A DNA stretch of 47,859 nucleotides from a bacterium. Lineage in GTDB: Bacteria > Desulfobacterota > DSWW01. Positions 1-8,899 of this stretch are shown here, piece by piece. The stretch spans positions 1 to 47,859 of the forward strand of contig JBFLZG010000030.1 in the NCBI GenBank assembly GCA_040756235.1, written 5' to 3'. The position numbers and the translations under genes are program-made. Below the pieces are notes generated by a model. It was not told where the DNA came from. It did not search any database and was given only the letters and a program-made list of their open reading frames with translations. The first letter of the stretch is position 1. The number at the start of each line of letters is the position of its first letter.

Positions 1-1
1 C

Positions 2-64
2 ACCCTGCTCGGCTCGCCCGCGGCGGCCTCGATCGAAGGCAGGCCCCTGATCGCGGCGTCGTGA
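2..64 (+). CDS. 3' end of a gene entering the window, possibly alkaline phosphatase/sulfatase superfamily (partial)
   Basis: Frame 2 reads TLLGSPAAASIEGRPLIAAS-stop. The LLG..P...EGRPL ending is typical of AP/sulfatase-superfamily C-termini. Only 20 codons are visible. Confidence 0.4.
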   Translation, partial: TLLGSPAAASIEGRPLIAAS

Positions 65-107
65 CGCACGCTACGTGCCTTTCAAATCGCTGGGCGCTGC
101 ACACACC

Positions 108-139
108 AAAAAGGCCGCTCAGATTCGATCTGAGCGGCC
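108..139 (-). terminator. Intrinsic terminator for the PEP-CTERM gene
   Basis: Perfect 12-bp stem GGCCGCTCAGAT-tcg-ATCTGAGCGGCC (113-139) preceded by AAAAA (U-tract on the minus strand), lying between convergent genes. Confidence 0.75.
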
Positions 140-211
140 CCCCCGGACACATTCAAGCGGAGTCGAGCGGCCCCGAGCGCGAACCACGTCGCAAGAGTGT
201 CTTTGCTCCCC

Positions 212-910
212 TCAGGCCTTCCTGGCTCCCTTGCGGAGGAGCCCGGCCAGGCCGAAGAAGCCCGAGCCCAATAACAACACAGTGGCCGGCTCCGGAACCG
301 GAGCCGTGGGATCATCCGTGGGAGCCCCGACATCGCTTCCCAAGCCCAGAGGCCCGGCCCGCTGAAAACGGGCAATGAAGTGCTGCTCGTCCTCGTTGGC
401 GCCGCCCGGCCGGTCCAGGGACAGAAGGTTCAGGAAGCTCAGCTCGGTCAGGCTGCTCAGATCCGAACCCATCAGCGCGATGTCGAAGGAGAAGGTCTCC
501 CCGCTCGGGATGCCGTCGTTCGGGTCGCCTCCGTTGAAGCCCGGCCCCGTCAATGCTGCCATGTCGAACAACCCGAACTGACCCGGCGTATTGATGCGGT
601 TCGGATTGAAGTACCCTTCCCACCCGGTGGCTCCGCCGAACGACGCGATACCGGTGACCTGTGAAGGCACATTGAAGGCGAACGCGGTCACCCGCGGATC
701 ATAAAGAACGGACGTGTTCTCGATCTCGATGTGCAACGTTCCCGAGCCGGCGACGTACTCGAAGAGCACCGACGCCGTGTTGTTCGAATCACCGACCCCC
801 ACGAGATCGAAGGACATCGGGAGGGCGTGGGCCGATCCCGGGCCGAAGATCCCGGCCAGAAAAACGATCGCCGTCGCAACAGCTCGTGGAGATCTTACTC
901 TGCATCTCAT
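212..910 (-). CDS. PEP-CTERM sorting domain protein (exosortase substrate)
   Basis: N-terminal signal peptide (..GSAHA|LP). C-terminal VPEPATVLLLGSGFFGLAGLLRKGARKA = PEP motif, TM helix, basic tail. Confidence 0.93.
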   Translation of the reverse strand: MRCRVRSPRAVATAIVFLAGIFGPGSAHALPMSFDLVGVGDSNNTASVLFEYVAGSGTLHIEIENTSVLYDPRVTAFAFNVPSQVTGIASFGGATGWEGYFNPNRINTPGQFGLFDMAALTGPGFNGGDPNDGIPSGETFSFDIALMGSDLSSLTELSFLNLLSLDRPGGANEDEQHFIARFQRAGPLGLGSDVGAPTDDPTAPVPEPATVLLLGSGFFGLAGLLRKGARKA

Positions 911-1065
911 GTCTCATCCCCTTGTGTGTGTCTGCCCATCCGTCGAGCAGATCCAGCGATAAAGCGATAAAACGTCCTCTTCTACGTCCTGTCAGAATCC
1001 GGAAAGGAACAAGAACCCATGGCCACGGCCACACCCGCCTTTCCGTGCCGCAGCCCGACCTTCGA

Positions 1066-1701
1066 TTACTCTGCGGCCACTTTGAGAAAAGGCGAACGGT
1101 CCGCAATTTCCTTGACTTGCTTGTCCCCGTCATCCCCATCGCCCGCGGACAGGCCGGCATGGGCCTCGATCAGGCGATCCGGCCTGAGTCGGACACGGTC
1201 CTGCTCGACCCGATCGACCCCTTCAGCGCTGATCGCGAACAGTCCGTTCTCGGTGCGCAGGATCCACCCCTTCTCCCTCATGTACCACACGTGGAACTCC
1301 ATGATCTCAGCGGGGCAGCCGAGGAGGCGCGACAACTCCCCCTCGCCGATGCCCGGGCTGCGAACATCGCGCTTGCGCTGCACGTACAGGAGAGAGAGCA
1401 GGCGCCTGCGCACGGCCGCGTCATCTTCGAATCCCCGTGCGTTGGCAGCCTCGGCCGCAAGCTTCCACTTCGAATTCCAGTGCTGCTGGTGCCGGATGTC
1501 ATAAGCCGCACGCGCCTGAGGGTCCGTCAGGGTGCGGTAGCCGTTGAGGAGCACGTTGAACTGATCGCCGTTCCCCGTGCCGGGGGTGTCGGGATGGTAC
1601 TTCTTGGCGAGATGCCTGAAGACCCGATGGATCGTGTCCGGGTCCGCGTTGGGACTGATCTGCAGCAACTCGTAATAGTCGAGAAACGGTTCTCCGCTCA
1701 C
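1066..1701 (-). CDS. J-domain (DnaJ-domain) protein with uncharacterised C-terminal domain, paralogue 1
   Basis: DYYELLQISPNA...AKKYHPD...AYD J-domain with HPD motif; GGAGGAG RBS before the GTG; no G/F or zinc-finger region. Confidence 0.88.
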   Translation of the reverse strand: MSGEPFLDYYELLQISPNADPDTIHRVFRHLAKKYHPDTPGTGNGDQFNVLLNGYRTLTDPQARAAYDIRHQQHWNSKWKLAAEAANARGFEDDAAVRRRLLSLLYVQRKRDVRSPGIGEGELSRLLGCPAEIMEFHVWYMREKGWILRTENGLFAISAEGVDRVEQDRVRLRPDRLIEAHAGLSAGDGDDGDKQVKEIADRSPFLKVAAE

Positions 1702-1740
1702 CTCTCCTCCCCCGTGGAACCCCGGTATCGAATTCTCGAC

Positions 1741-1769
1741 ATCATGGCATGATTTACACAGCAGGTCAA
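1741..1769 (-). promoter_or_regulatory. Putative sigma70 promoter of J-domain paralogue 1
   Basis: Minus strand TTGACC-N17-CATGAT with TG one base upstream of the -10 (extended -10), about 40 nt before the start. Confidence 0.5.
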
Positions 1770-1941
1770 CGGTATGTTTTTGCTTTCTCCCGGTAGGAAC
1801 CTTGCCGCTGAGACTCCGAGTCCGTGCGCGCTTCGGGACTCCGGATCTCGTTTGCTCCGCCAGCCCGCCCGCAGCGAAGGTCCCGGCTGCAGGGCTGTGG
1901 CGCGGCTTTGCCGGGAAGCCGATGGCGAGGCATCGAAGCTT

Positions 1942-2550
1942 TCAAGCAGCGAGCTCTTTCGGCTCGCCATCCCCGTTGTCTTCGGAGTGCGAGCCCCGAG
2001 CCTCTATGAGCCGGTCCGCCCTGAGCCGGACGCGATCCTGCTCGACCCGATCCACGCCCAAGGCCGTGATGGCGAACAGGCCGGTCTCGGTGCGCAGGAT
2101 CCATCCCTTCTCCCGCATGTACCAGACGTGGAATTCCAGGAGATCGATGGGGCACCTGATCAGACGCGAAAGCTCGGCCTCGCCGATGCCGGGGCTGCGC
2201 AGGTTGCGCCTGCGCTGCACGTAGAAGAGAGACAGGAGTTGCTCGCGCAGCACCTCGTCGTTCTCGAACCCGCGGGAGTCCGAGGCCTCCGTCTGCAACT
2301 GCCACTTGCGATCCCAGTGCAGCTGGTACTTGAGGTCGTAGCCGGCCCTGGCCTCGGGGTCGGTCAGGGTACGGTAGGCGTTGAGAAGAAGATTGAACTG
2401 TTCCGCATCGCCCGTGCCGGCGCTGTCGGGATGATACTTTTTTGCCAGATGGCGGAATACCCGGTGAATCGTCTCCGGGTCCGCATTCGGGCTGACCTGC
2501 AGGAGCTCGTAATAATCCTGAAACGATTCGCCGTTTCCATTTCCGTTCAC
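1942..2550 (-). CDS. J-domain protein, paralogue 2
   Basis: Same architecture and closely similar sequence to 1066-1701 (DYYELLQVSPNA..YHPD..EFHVWYMREKGWILRTE). Start set at GTG 2550 (RBS GGAGGGAG) rather than 2853. Confidence 0.88.
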   Translation of the reverse strand: MNGNGNGESFQDYYELLQVSPNADPETIHRVFRHLAKKYHPDSAGTGDAEQFNLLLNAYRTLTDPEARAGYDLKYQLHWDRKWQLQTEASDSRGFENDEVLREQLLSLFYVQRRRNLRSPGIGEAELSRLIRCPIDLLEFHVWYMREKGWILRTETGLFAITALGVDRVEQDRVRLRADRLIEARGSHSEDNGDGEPKELAA

Positions 2551-2702
2551 GTTTCTCCCTCCCTCTGAAACCTTTGGTCCAAGGGACCCCGGGCTGCGGG
2601 CCGGGGCGGGCTTCCTCTCTTCCGTTTTTTCGGCAAGACCGGAGAGGAACTTGACCGCTTGGTCGGGGTGGGGGTTGCGGTGGCCGGATTCCGTCACTTT
2701 CG

Positions 2703-2746
2703 TGAAATAGTTTCCGAGCACCTTTGAAATAGTTTCCGAGTACCCT
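2703..2746. repeat. Tandem 22-bp direct repeat, candidate regulator binding sites
   Basis: TGAAATAGTTTCCGAGCACCTT / TGAAATAGTTTCCGAGTACCCT in a divergent intergenic region; each unit contains a GAAA-N3-TTTC palindrome. Confidence 0.75.
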
Positions 2747-2798
2747 TTCCAGAGGGCATCCCAACTCGCCGCCCTTGCGGCCCCGGCTCCTGCGGAAG

Positions 2799-2812
2799 GG
2801 AAAAGAATTTCC
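2799..2812. promoter_or_regulatory. Candidate upstream activator site (bEBP) GGAAA-N4-TTTCC
   Basis: GGAAA-AGAA-TTTCC, 156 bp upstream of the sigma54 element at 2955. Same motif and spacing at 8744. Confidence 0.6.
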
Positions 2813-2903
2813 CTTTTTGACGGGTGTCTTTCCACCAGGCCATCGCCAGGCAAAAGAAATCTCGAAGCAATTCAGATCCTTACAGAAAGTCTTTTCAACA
2901 TGG

Positions 2904-2916
2904 AATCAAAGTGTTA
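2904..2916 (+). promoter_or_regulatory. IHF binding site
   Basis: AATCAA-AGTG-TTA matches the WATCAANNNNTTR consensus exactly and lies between the candidate enhancer and the sigma54 promoter. Confidence 0.65.
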
Positions 2917-2954
2917 TAAATTTTTGCTGGTAACCTTGATGCGCAAGGATGCCT

Positions 2955-2970
2955 TGGCACCGGGGTTGCT
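2955..2970 (+). promoter_or_regulatory. Sigma54 (-24/-12) promoter
   Basis: TGGCAC-CGGGG-TTGCT, full consensus, about 80 nt before ATG 3050. Confidence 0.85.
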
Positions 2971-3049
2971 TGGGAGAGCAACCTCCAGAAGCCACACCCA
3001 TCGCCCTGGCCGCACCACCGGCCCGCACATGCCTTCGGGGGGAAACCGC

Positions 3050-3628
3050 ATGAAAAAGATCACGCTCCTCGCACTCGCCGTTTTCTTCTGCGCCGCTGCC
3101 GCTAATGCCGAAAGCAGGTTCGGGGTGGGGTTGCGGGCCGGCCCTTCTGTCTTTTCCCAGGAGGTGTTCGAGGCAGACGTGGACCAGGAGGTCGGCCCCG
3201 TGGTCGCCGGCGATCTCCTCTACCTGGTAAACAACTGGTTCGCGTTCGGGTTGAGTGCGGAATGGGAGACCCACAGCTATCAGGCCGGGGACCTCGACGT
3301 AGCGGACAACTGGACGGTCTCGGTATACCCGTTCGCTCAGTTTCGGGGGCCGTATTCCTCCTACGTCTTCCTGGGCGCCGGGTACAATTTCAACAGCTTC
3401 GACCTGGACGGACCGGAAGAGCTAGAGGTGGACGACTCCCTAGCCCTCAAGGCAGGATTCGGCTGGGACATCTTCGTCAGCGATAACATTGCCCTCAACA
3501 TCGAGCTGGGCTGGAAATACAACAGAGGCGATATGGACCTGGTGGCGGCCGACGGCACGACGACCTTCGTGGACGATCTGAACATGTCGGTAATCACGGC
3601 GCTCTTCGGGGTTCGATATTACTTCTAA
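3050..3628 (+). CDS. Outer-membrane beta-barrel protein (OmpA/OmpW-like small barrel)
   Basis: Signal peptide MKKITLLALAVFFCAAAANA, alternating amphipathic strands, C-terminal GVRYYF BAM signature. Start set at ATG 3050. Confidence 0.88.
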   Translation: MKKITLLALAVFFCAAAANAESRFGVGLRAGPSVFSQEVFEADVDQEVGPVVAGDLLYLVNNWFAFGLSAEWETHSYQAGDLDVADNWTVSVYPFAQFRGPYSSYVFLGAGYNFNSFDLDGPEELEVDDSLALKAGFGWDIFVSDNIALNIELGWKYNRGDMDLVAADGTTTFVDDLNMSVITALFGVRYYF

Positions 3629-3661
3629 TGCAGACGCATTTGGTCGTGAGACAAACTGTCA

Positions 3662-3757
3662 CCCCTCACCTTGATCCTCTCCCCTCGGAGGGGAGAGGAA
3701 AAGGCGACCGAGCCATACCCTCGCCCCCTCTAGGGGGAGAAGGACAGGGTGAGGGGG
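3662..3757. repeat. REP-like palindromic element, family A (two inverted units)
   Basis: CCCCTCACCTTGATCCTCTCCCCTCGGAGGGGAGAGG and an inverted unit ending GGACAGGGTGAGGGGG. 3636-3704 recurs nearly identically at 30456-30524. Confidence 0.8.
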
Positions 3758-3828
3758 CGCAGCCGAACGTAGCAGTTGTTATACGCTCGCACTAGCCCCA
3801 GGGGAGAAATCCAAGGAGGAGCTTCCCA

Positions 3829-5394
3829 ATGACCAGAAGCCTTTCCGCCTGCACCTTCATCGCCATGGTCAGCTTGGTGTGCGCCGGCTGCGGAGGCTCC
3901 AACAGCTCGGGTTCCCAGGAGCTCAGCGATTTCATCGACGAGCTTCAGCAGCTCGATCCCGGAGATGATTATGTGGCGCCGCTCGGAAACCTCACGGACC
4001 TGGGCGACCTGGTGGAGCCCGGAGGCGACCACTGGTACTACACGCGGGCAGCCGCCATGAACGATGCGGGCACCGTTGTCGGGCAGTCGAATGCGGGCTC
4101 CCCGGTCAATGCTGCGTTCCGCTGGGATCCTCCGGCCGGGCCGATGACTTTCCTGGGGATTCATTCAGGAACGTATGACGATCATTACGACATCAATTAC
4201 GAGCCGGCAAGTCCTCGCCACTACTTCATCTACAGCGAGGCCGCGGGCATCAACAGCGCCGGCACGATCATCTGCAATTCCACGACCGGGATCGGCTGGC
4301 CCGAGGACCTTGAGAAACGCGCCTTCGTGGTCATAGACGGAGTACCCCTCGATCTGCCGCCCGAGACCTTTTACGTGATCTTTGGCGAGGATCCCGAGGG
4401 CAACCCCACCTACCGCAACGTCATCGGCTCTTACTCCGAAGCGGTGGATGTCAACGAAAGAGGAGAGCTCGCGCTCACCGTCGAGGACCGGCCTGGGGAA
4501 AAGCACGCGTACTTCTGGGACGGCTCCAGCTCCCACACGGAAACCCTTCAGATTGTTGCGGGCGAGAACATTGTAGGCACAATCGATGTCACGGTTCCTG
4601 ACTACATATCCCTCGGCCGCATCGTTGGCGAGGATTCCCATGCGGTTGCCATCAACGAGAACCACCATGGGGTCGTCAACTCCGGGGGCACAGCGGTTTT
4701 CTGTGATCTCAACTGGGGCGTGGTCGAATCACTGAACCATCTTCCCATCGGGGGTCAATTTGACAACATCAGAACAGATGCGGTCGATATCAACGACAGC
4801 CGCTATCTGAACTGGGACGGGATTCCGGACCCGCACATAATCGGACACACTTGGGTCGATGATAACGCTGACAGCGCGCTCGACGTGCGATTCGACAGGG
4901 CGATGGGATTCTTGTGGGATGGCGGCGCCATGTACCCTGTCGGCCACCTAGGCGGAGGCAGGAGCCAGGTGAGCGACCTCAACAACAACGATCAGGTCGT
5001 CGGGGCCTCCACGACGGCAGACGGATCGCTCCATGCCTTCGTCTGGACTCTGGGCCCGGATGAGCGAGGGGCCATTCAGGACCTGGGCACCCTCGGCGGC
5101 GCGAACAGCTTTGCCACCGCCATCAACGAAGCCGGTCAGATCGTAGGTTACTCCGAGACCGGGGCGACCTACCGCGAAGGCGGGACCACTTACGTCGTCC
5201 GGCATGCCTTCCTGTGGGATGACGGAGAGATGTACGATCTGGGAATTCACAACTACTTCTACGACTACCCGTTCGTTCAGCCTTACCCGTTCAGCGAGGC
5301 CGTCTCCATCAATGCGAGCGGCCAGGTAGCCGGCAACTCGATCACCATCAACAGCCACTACCGGGGATTCTTCCTGTCGCCGGTCTTCCCCTGA
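3829..5394 (+). CDS. Lipoprotein with extracellular HAF-family repeats
   Basis: Lipobox LVCAG-C followed by a Ser/Gly linker; repeats such as DLGTLGGANSFATAINEAGQIVG, HAFVW, HAFLWDDGEMYDLG; RBS GGAGGAG. Confidence 0.85.
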   Translation: MTRSLSACTFIAMVSLVCAGCGGSNSSGSQELSDFIDELQQLDPGDDYVAPLGNLTDLGDLVEPGGDHWYYTRAAAMNDAGTVVGQSNAGSPVNAAFRWDPPAGPMTFLGIHSGTYDDHYDINYEPASPRHYFIYSEAAGINSAGTIICNSTTGIGWPEDLEKRAFVVIDGVPLDLPPETFYVIFGEDPEGNPTYRNVIGSYSEAVDVNERGELALTVEDRPGEKHAYFWDGSSSHTETLQIVAGENIVGTIDVTVPDYISLGRIVGEDSHAVAINENHHGVVNSGGTAVFCDLNWGVVESLNHLPIGGQFDNIRTDAVDINDSRYLNWDGIPDPHIIGHTWVDDNADSALDVRFDRAMGFLWDGGAMYPVGHLGGGRSQVSDLNNNDQVVGASTTADGSLHAFVWTLGPDERGAIQDLGTLGGANSFATAINEAGQIVGYSETGATYREGGTTYVVRHAFLWDDGEMYDLGIHNYFYDYPFVQPYPFSEAVSINASGQVAGNSITINSHYRGFFLSPVFP

Positions 5395-5553
5395 GGATTA
5401 CGAAAGGGACCAGGAGTCCCCGCCGACCCAAGGATCACGTTTCTCGGGAGCCCCTCTCCCCGTTTGGAGAGAGAGGGTAAGGGCAAGGCGGAATTCGGGC
5501 AGTTACAGCGCCTTCCACTGCGCTGTGACGTGTCCGGAATCCCCTGAACGGAC

Positions 5554-7137
5554 ATGCAGGCTCAAACCTTGACTCCGCCTCTGACCGCAGGTTCTTCTCT
5601 CGATTGGCGCACAGCTCTCCCAGTCGCGGCGACCTGTTCCACCCGTTCGAGAAACTCTGCCCTGACAGCCGCAATCTCCGCTTTTCTGCTCACGCTCTGT
5701 TTTTTTCTTCTTTCGCACAGTGTCGTGGACCCGGACATCTGGCATGAGATGGCGCTGATCCGCGAGACCCTGGCCAGAGGCGAGATTCCGCTCGAGGACT
5801 CCTTCGCTTACACCCCCACGGTTTACCCGGTCGTCCACCATGAGTGGGGAGCAGGAGCGATTGCCTATTTCCTCGCCACCCGTTTCGGCCCGGGCGGCAT
5901 CGTGGCGGCAAAATTCGTCCTGGCCGCGCTCATCGCTCTGTTCATTTTCTTGTGCCTGAGGTCAAGACGAGTCCCCATAGAAGTTGTCGCGTTCATTGCA
6001 CTCGTGGGGCTCCCGCTCATGCAGAGAGGCTTCTCGACCATACGCGCGCAGATGTATTCGTTTGCTTTCGCCGCCTGCCTTCTGTGGTTTTTCGATCTCG
6101 ACCGAAAGGGCCGCCGAGGGTGGCTCCTGGCGTGGATCCCGCTGTATGTCCTCTGGGTCAACCTGCACGGAGGGTTTCTGGTCGCACTCGGCTTCTGGGG
6201 AGCTCACTGGCTGGAGCAACGGCTCCGTGACGAGCCCACTCGGCATCTGCTCGTCGGAGGCATCCTGATGGTTGGCCTGATTGCGATCAACCCTTATGGG
6301 CTACACTATTATCCCTACCTCCTCCAGGCGATCGCCATGCCCCGGCCGTACATCGAGGAGTGGCAGCCGGTCTGGGTCAGTTTCACACATGCCGAGATGT
6401 GCGTCCTCGGGTTGTCACTGGTCCTGCTTGTCTATTCCGTCACGAAGGCCGGCGTCCGGAACACGCATGGGCTGGGAATTGTGACTGTCGCGGCGACCGC
6501 CTCTATTCTTTCTACCCGCCTGGTTCCCTTTTATGCCGTCGCCTGGACGTGCTACGCATTGGATTTCATCGCCAGGACGCGTCTGGGCGAAATCATGAGG
6601 GGTTTGCTCCCAAGACTACCGAGATTCTTTTCGCTGCTCTTCTTGGTGCTCGCTATCAGTTTTCTTGCCCGCGGCCTCTCATACTCGCCCTGGAGGCTGC
6701 TCGTCCCCGATCACAGGCTCGAGAAGTACCGAGAGAACGCCATCTACCCCGTGGGAGCGGTCAACTACCTTGCGGAAATCGGTTTTCAAGGAAACGTTAT
6801 GGTTTCCTTTGATTCCGGCGCCTACGTCTCCTGGAAGCTCTACCCAGACGTCCGTGTCTCCCTCGATGCGCGTTACGAAGCGGCGTACCCCCCGAGGCTG
6901 CTTGAAGAAAGCATGCGTTTCTACTGGGCCGAAGAAGGCTGGCAGGAGGTTCTGTCTGCGTACCCAAGCGACTTGCTCCTTGTCCACAGAGGACTCCCTT
7001 TGGCCGATGAAATGGCGCGACACCCCGGATGGGAGCGCGTGTATGCAGACGGGGCATTCCATTTGTACGCCCGGCCCGGGCTCAGCCTTCCCGTGGCCGA
7101 CCGGGGGGACCGGACCTTCGCGGGAGTTTTCCCTTGA
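5554..7137 (+). CDS. Polytopic membrane protein, GT-C-like (putative lipid-linked sugar transferase)
   Basis: More than 10 TM segments; DPDIWH in the first loop; HEW, LWVNLHGGF, INPYG, IEEWQP, YPVGAVNYL and DARYE motifs; soluble C-terminal domain. Start uncertain. Confidence 0.65.
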   Translation: MQAQTLTPPLTAGSSLDWRTALPVAATCSTRSRNSALTAAISAFLLTLCFFLLSHSVVDPDIWHEMALIRETLARGEIPLEDSFAYTPTVYPVVHHEWGAGAIAYFLATRFGPGGIVAAKFVLAALIALFIFLCLRSRRVPIEVVAFIALVGLPLMQRGFSTIRAQMYSFAFAACLLWFFDLDRKGRRGWLLAWIPLYVLWVNLHGGFLVALGFWGAHWLEQRLRDEPTRHLLVGGILMVGLIAINPYGLHYYPYLLQAIAMPRPYIEEWQPVWVSFTHAEMCVLGLSLVLLVYSVTKAGVRNTHGLGIVTVAATASILSTRLVPFYAVAWTCYALDFIARTRLGEIMRGLLPRLPRFFSLLFLVLAISFLARGLSYSPWRLLVPDHRLEKYRENAIYPVGAVNYLAEIGFQGNVMVSFDSGAYVSWKLYPDVRVSLDARYEAAYPPRLLEESMRFYWAEEGWQEVLSAYPSDLLLVHRGLPLADEMARHPGWERVYADGAFHLYARPGLSLPVADRGDRTFAGVFP

Positions 7138-8648
7138 ACCAGATCGTCGGACAGAACGACCGCGTGGCCTGTCTCGTGCTCAAGCGAGTCTCCATCCTGG
7201 TGCCGGTCTACAATGAGCGGCACACGATTCGCACGTTGCTCGACAAGGTGCGCGAAGCGCCCCTGCCTCCGGGCTACGATCGCGAAATCGTGATCGTCGA
7301 TGACCACTCGACCGACGGCACCTGGGAGATCCTCCATCGAGACTTTTCCGGAGATCCGAAGGTCCGGCTTTTCCGCCATGAGAAAAACTGCGGCAAGGGC
7401 GCCGCCATCCGCACGGCCATCCGCGAGGCCCGCGGCGAGCTTGCGATCTTCCAGGACGCGGACCTGGAGTACGACCCGAACGAGTATTCGCACTTGCTCG
7501 AGCCGATCCTGAACGGTCATGCCGACGTGGTCTACGGAAGTCGGTTCGCAGCGAGCCGCGTGCGCAGGGTACTGTTCTTCCGTCACGCCGTGGGCAACCG
7601 GATCCTCACGTTTCTCTCCAACCTGCTCACGGATCTCAATCTCAGCGACATGGAGACCTGCTACAAGGCCTTCAGGACCGATCTGCTCAAGAGCATCCCG
7701 ATCAGGTCCAACGGGTTCGGCCTCGAGCCCGAGATCACCGCCAAGGTGGCCAAGAGAGGCTTCCGGGTATACGAGATTCCGATTTCCTACTACGGACGGA
7801 CCTACCAGGAGGGGAAGAAGATCACCTGGAAGGACGGTCTCCGTGCGCTCTGGGTCATTTTGAAATACTGGCTGATCGACGACCTTTACAGGGACAACGA
7901 TCTGCGAATCTTACACAGTTTGAATCAAACGCACCGATTCAACGCGTGGCTGGCAGGCACGATTTCACCTTACCTTGGAGAACGGATCCTCGAGGTGGGA
8001 GCCGGGATCGGCAACATTAGCATCCACTTGCTCCCACGGGAAGATTATGTATGCACGGACGTGGAACCCTTGCATATCCACAGTCTGGGCAACCTGTTTT
8101 CGAGGAGGCCCAACGTCGAGGTCCGGAAGCTCGATATCGCTGCCGAAGTCCTGGACGCAGACCTGGAAGGCCGGTTCGACACCGTGATCTGTCTCAACGT
8201 GCTCGAGCACATCCAAGACCAGGAGAACGCACTGGCCAACATGAACCGGCTTCTCGCGCCCGGCGGCCGCATGATCCTGCTCGTACCCAACGCCCCTTCC
8301 CTCTCGTGCTCCTTGGACGACGCGGTCCGACACATCCGGAGGTACCGGAAGAACGAGATCGGGGGCCTGATCAGAGACGCAGGCTTCGATTTGGAGCGCG
8401 TCTGGTACTTCAACCGATTTTCGGTTCTTGGCTGGATTTGGAACGGGAAGGTCTTGCACCGGCGTACTTTCTCGCGCCTGCAACTCAAGATCTTCGATTC
8501 GCTCGTGTGGCTGTGGAGACTCATAGACCCATGGCTCCCGTGGCCCGGCCAGTCTATCGTGTCTGTGGCGAAAAAGCCTGGGCAGGCGGCGGTCCTGCCT
8601 GGCCATGATTCGATGGGCGCCACCATGGCGGGTCCATTCTCGGGTTGA
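7134..8648 (+). CDS. Bifunctional GT2 (DPM1-like) glycosyltransferase / class I SAM methyltransferase
   Basis: SILVPVYNE, IVDDHSTDGT, QDADLEYDP, DMETCYK; C-terminal LEVGAGIG and CLNVLEHI. TTG 7134 overlaps the upstream TGA (alternative GTG 7176). Confidence 0.9.
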   Translation: MNQIVGQNDRVACLVLKRVSILVPVYNERHTIRTLLDKVREAPLPPGYDREIVIVDDHSTDGTWEILHRDFSGDPKVRLFRHEKNCGKGAAIRTAIREARGELAIFQDADLEYDPNEYSHLLEPILNGHADVVYGSRFAASRVRRVLFFRHAVGNRILTFLSNLLTDLNLSDMETCYKAFRTDLLKSIPIRSNGFGLEPEITAKVAKRGFRVYEIPISYYGRTYQEGKKITWKDGLRALWVILKYWLIDDLYRDNDLRILHSLNQTHRFNAWLAGTISPYLGERILEVGAGIGNISIHLLPREDYVCTDVEPLHIHSLGNLFSRRPNVEVRKLDIAAEVLDADLEGRFDTVICLNVLEHIQDQENALANMNRLLAPGGRMILLVPNAPSLSCSLDDAVRHIRRYRKNEIGGLIRDAGFDLERVWYFNRFSVLGWIWNGKVLHRRTFSRLQLKIFDSLVWLWRLIDPWLPWPGQSIVSVAKKPGQAAVLPGHDSMGATMAGPFSG

Positions 8649-8743
8649 TAGAGATTTCGTCTTTTTGAGAAGAATTTTGTTTTTCTGAGAACTGACCGAT
8701 GCAGGGGAACATCTAATTGGCCGGCCTACAGAAGATGCTTTAC

Positions 8744-8757
8744 GGAAAAGGTTTTCC
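8744..8757. promoter_or_regulatory. Candidate upstream activator site GGAAA-N4-TTTCC
   Basis: GGAAA-AGGT-TTTCC, 156 bp upstream of the sigma54 element at 8900. Confidence 0.6.
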
Positions 8758-8899
8758 CCAAAAGAGCACTGGAATGAACAAAGGTCTTGCGCCAGATCAA
8801 GGGGTTCGGCCGGTCCAGTTGGTACAGACAACAAAATTAAGTTGTGTTACCGGTAGCTTCAGGAACCGTTTTACCTCTGGCAGCCTGAACTGGTTGATC

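Noticed and set aside
1000..1030. Sigma54 promoter for the PEP-CTERM gene (minus-strand TGGCCATGGGTTCTTGTT)
   Set aside because: GG-to-GC spacing and the -12 element do not fit the consensus.
886..2568. Plus-strand ORFs 886-1752 and 1774-2568 that resemble each other
   Set aside because: They are antisense shadows of the duplicated J-domain genes; their similarity comes from that duplication.
2551..2853. 101-aa N-terminal extension of J-domain paralogue 2
   Set aside because: Absent from paralogue 1, overlaps regulatory repeats, and a good RBS precedes GTG 2550.
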